Part shown: piece after piece, positions 63,592 through 64,000 of the stretch
Numbering within the stretch: position 1 is the first letter of the stretch
Layout: the number at the start of each line of letters is the position of its first letter
Origin: Amphiscolops sp. MND2022
Taxonomy: Eukaryota
Length of the DNA stretch: 64,000 bases
NCBI GenBank assembly: GCA_964187785.1
Contig: OZ076413.1
Location: forward strand, 42,534,001 to 42,598,000
Direction of reading: 5' to 3'
Program-made: the position numbers and the translations under genes
Notes under the pieces: model-generated
Database searches by the model: none
Told to the model about the DNA's origin: nothing
What the model saw: only the letters and a program-made list of their open reading frames with translations

Positions 63592-64000
63592 GTTAGTGAT
63601 TTCTAAGAACTGTTTATGATGTATGACAGTATTTAAGATGTATTGTTTCTATAATTCGCCAAGAAAATTTTCATCAAGTTCTGGAGTTCACGCTTTACGT
63701 GTTTCTGGAAAAACAATGACGTATCGGGTAGCCAGCCACACCAGAAGCAGATAACAGATTTCGCGTTTTATCAGTTTTAGCGATTTTGTATTTTGCTCCC
63801 GATGATCAATTTTGAAGAGAACGTTTCCCAAAAAAGGTATGCGGCAAAGTGGTTGAGAACATCTCGCCGATACAACTTATCAAAAACAACTCGAAATAAA
63901 ACCGGTAAACTGTTCAAAAATAAACTCGTTTAGTAATAATTAGGCGCACCCCAGTCGAGACTGCTAGAACATTTTACATACTGCAGGCCATGATCCAAGG

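Overview
AT-rich, repeat-dominated animal (invertebrate-like) genomic DNA; not prokaryotic. There is no CRISPR array, rRNA or intact tRNA. The main feature is a decayed ~18.9-kb Ty3/gypsy LTR retrotransposon on the minus strand (14280-33145, ~720-bp LTRs). Its reconstructed ~3200-aa Gag-Pol runs past the integrase into AT-hooks, a Cys motif and two tandem TARG1/OARD1-like macrodomains. It also carries a second ~1400-aa ORF in the env position with a degenerate SGNH-hydrolase-like fold and no obvious envelope features. Two smaller decayed gypsy elements with 5-bp TSDs lie at 35433-40835 and 57325-62209. Host genes are a spliced rhodopsin-type GPCR (exons ~3562-4076 and 8196-8472) and the 5' part of a gene that may be RasGRP-like (55877-63591). 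The remainder is nested non-autonomous DNA elements (CCC...GGG CACTA/EnSpm-like MITEs, Helentron-like HINEs, foldback-like MITEs), a duplicated segment with a 1433-bp offset, and two striking palindromes (12392-12837, 50017-50256). All domain calls are by-eye motif recognition and need HMM or structure confirmation.
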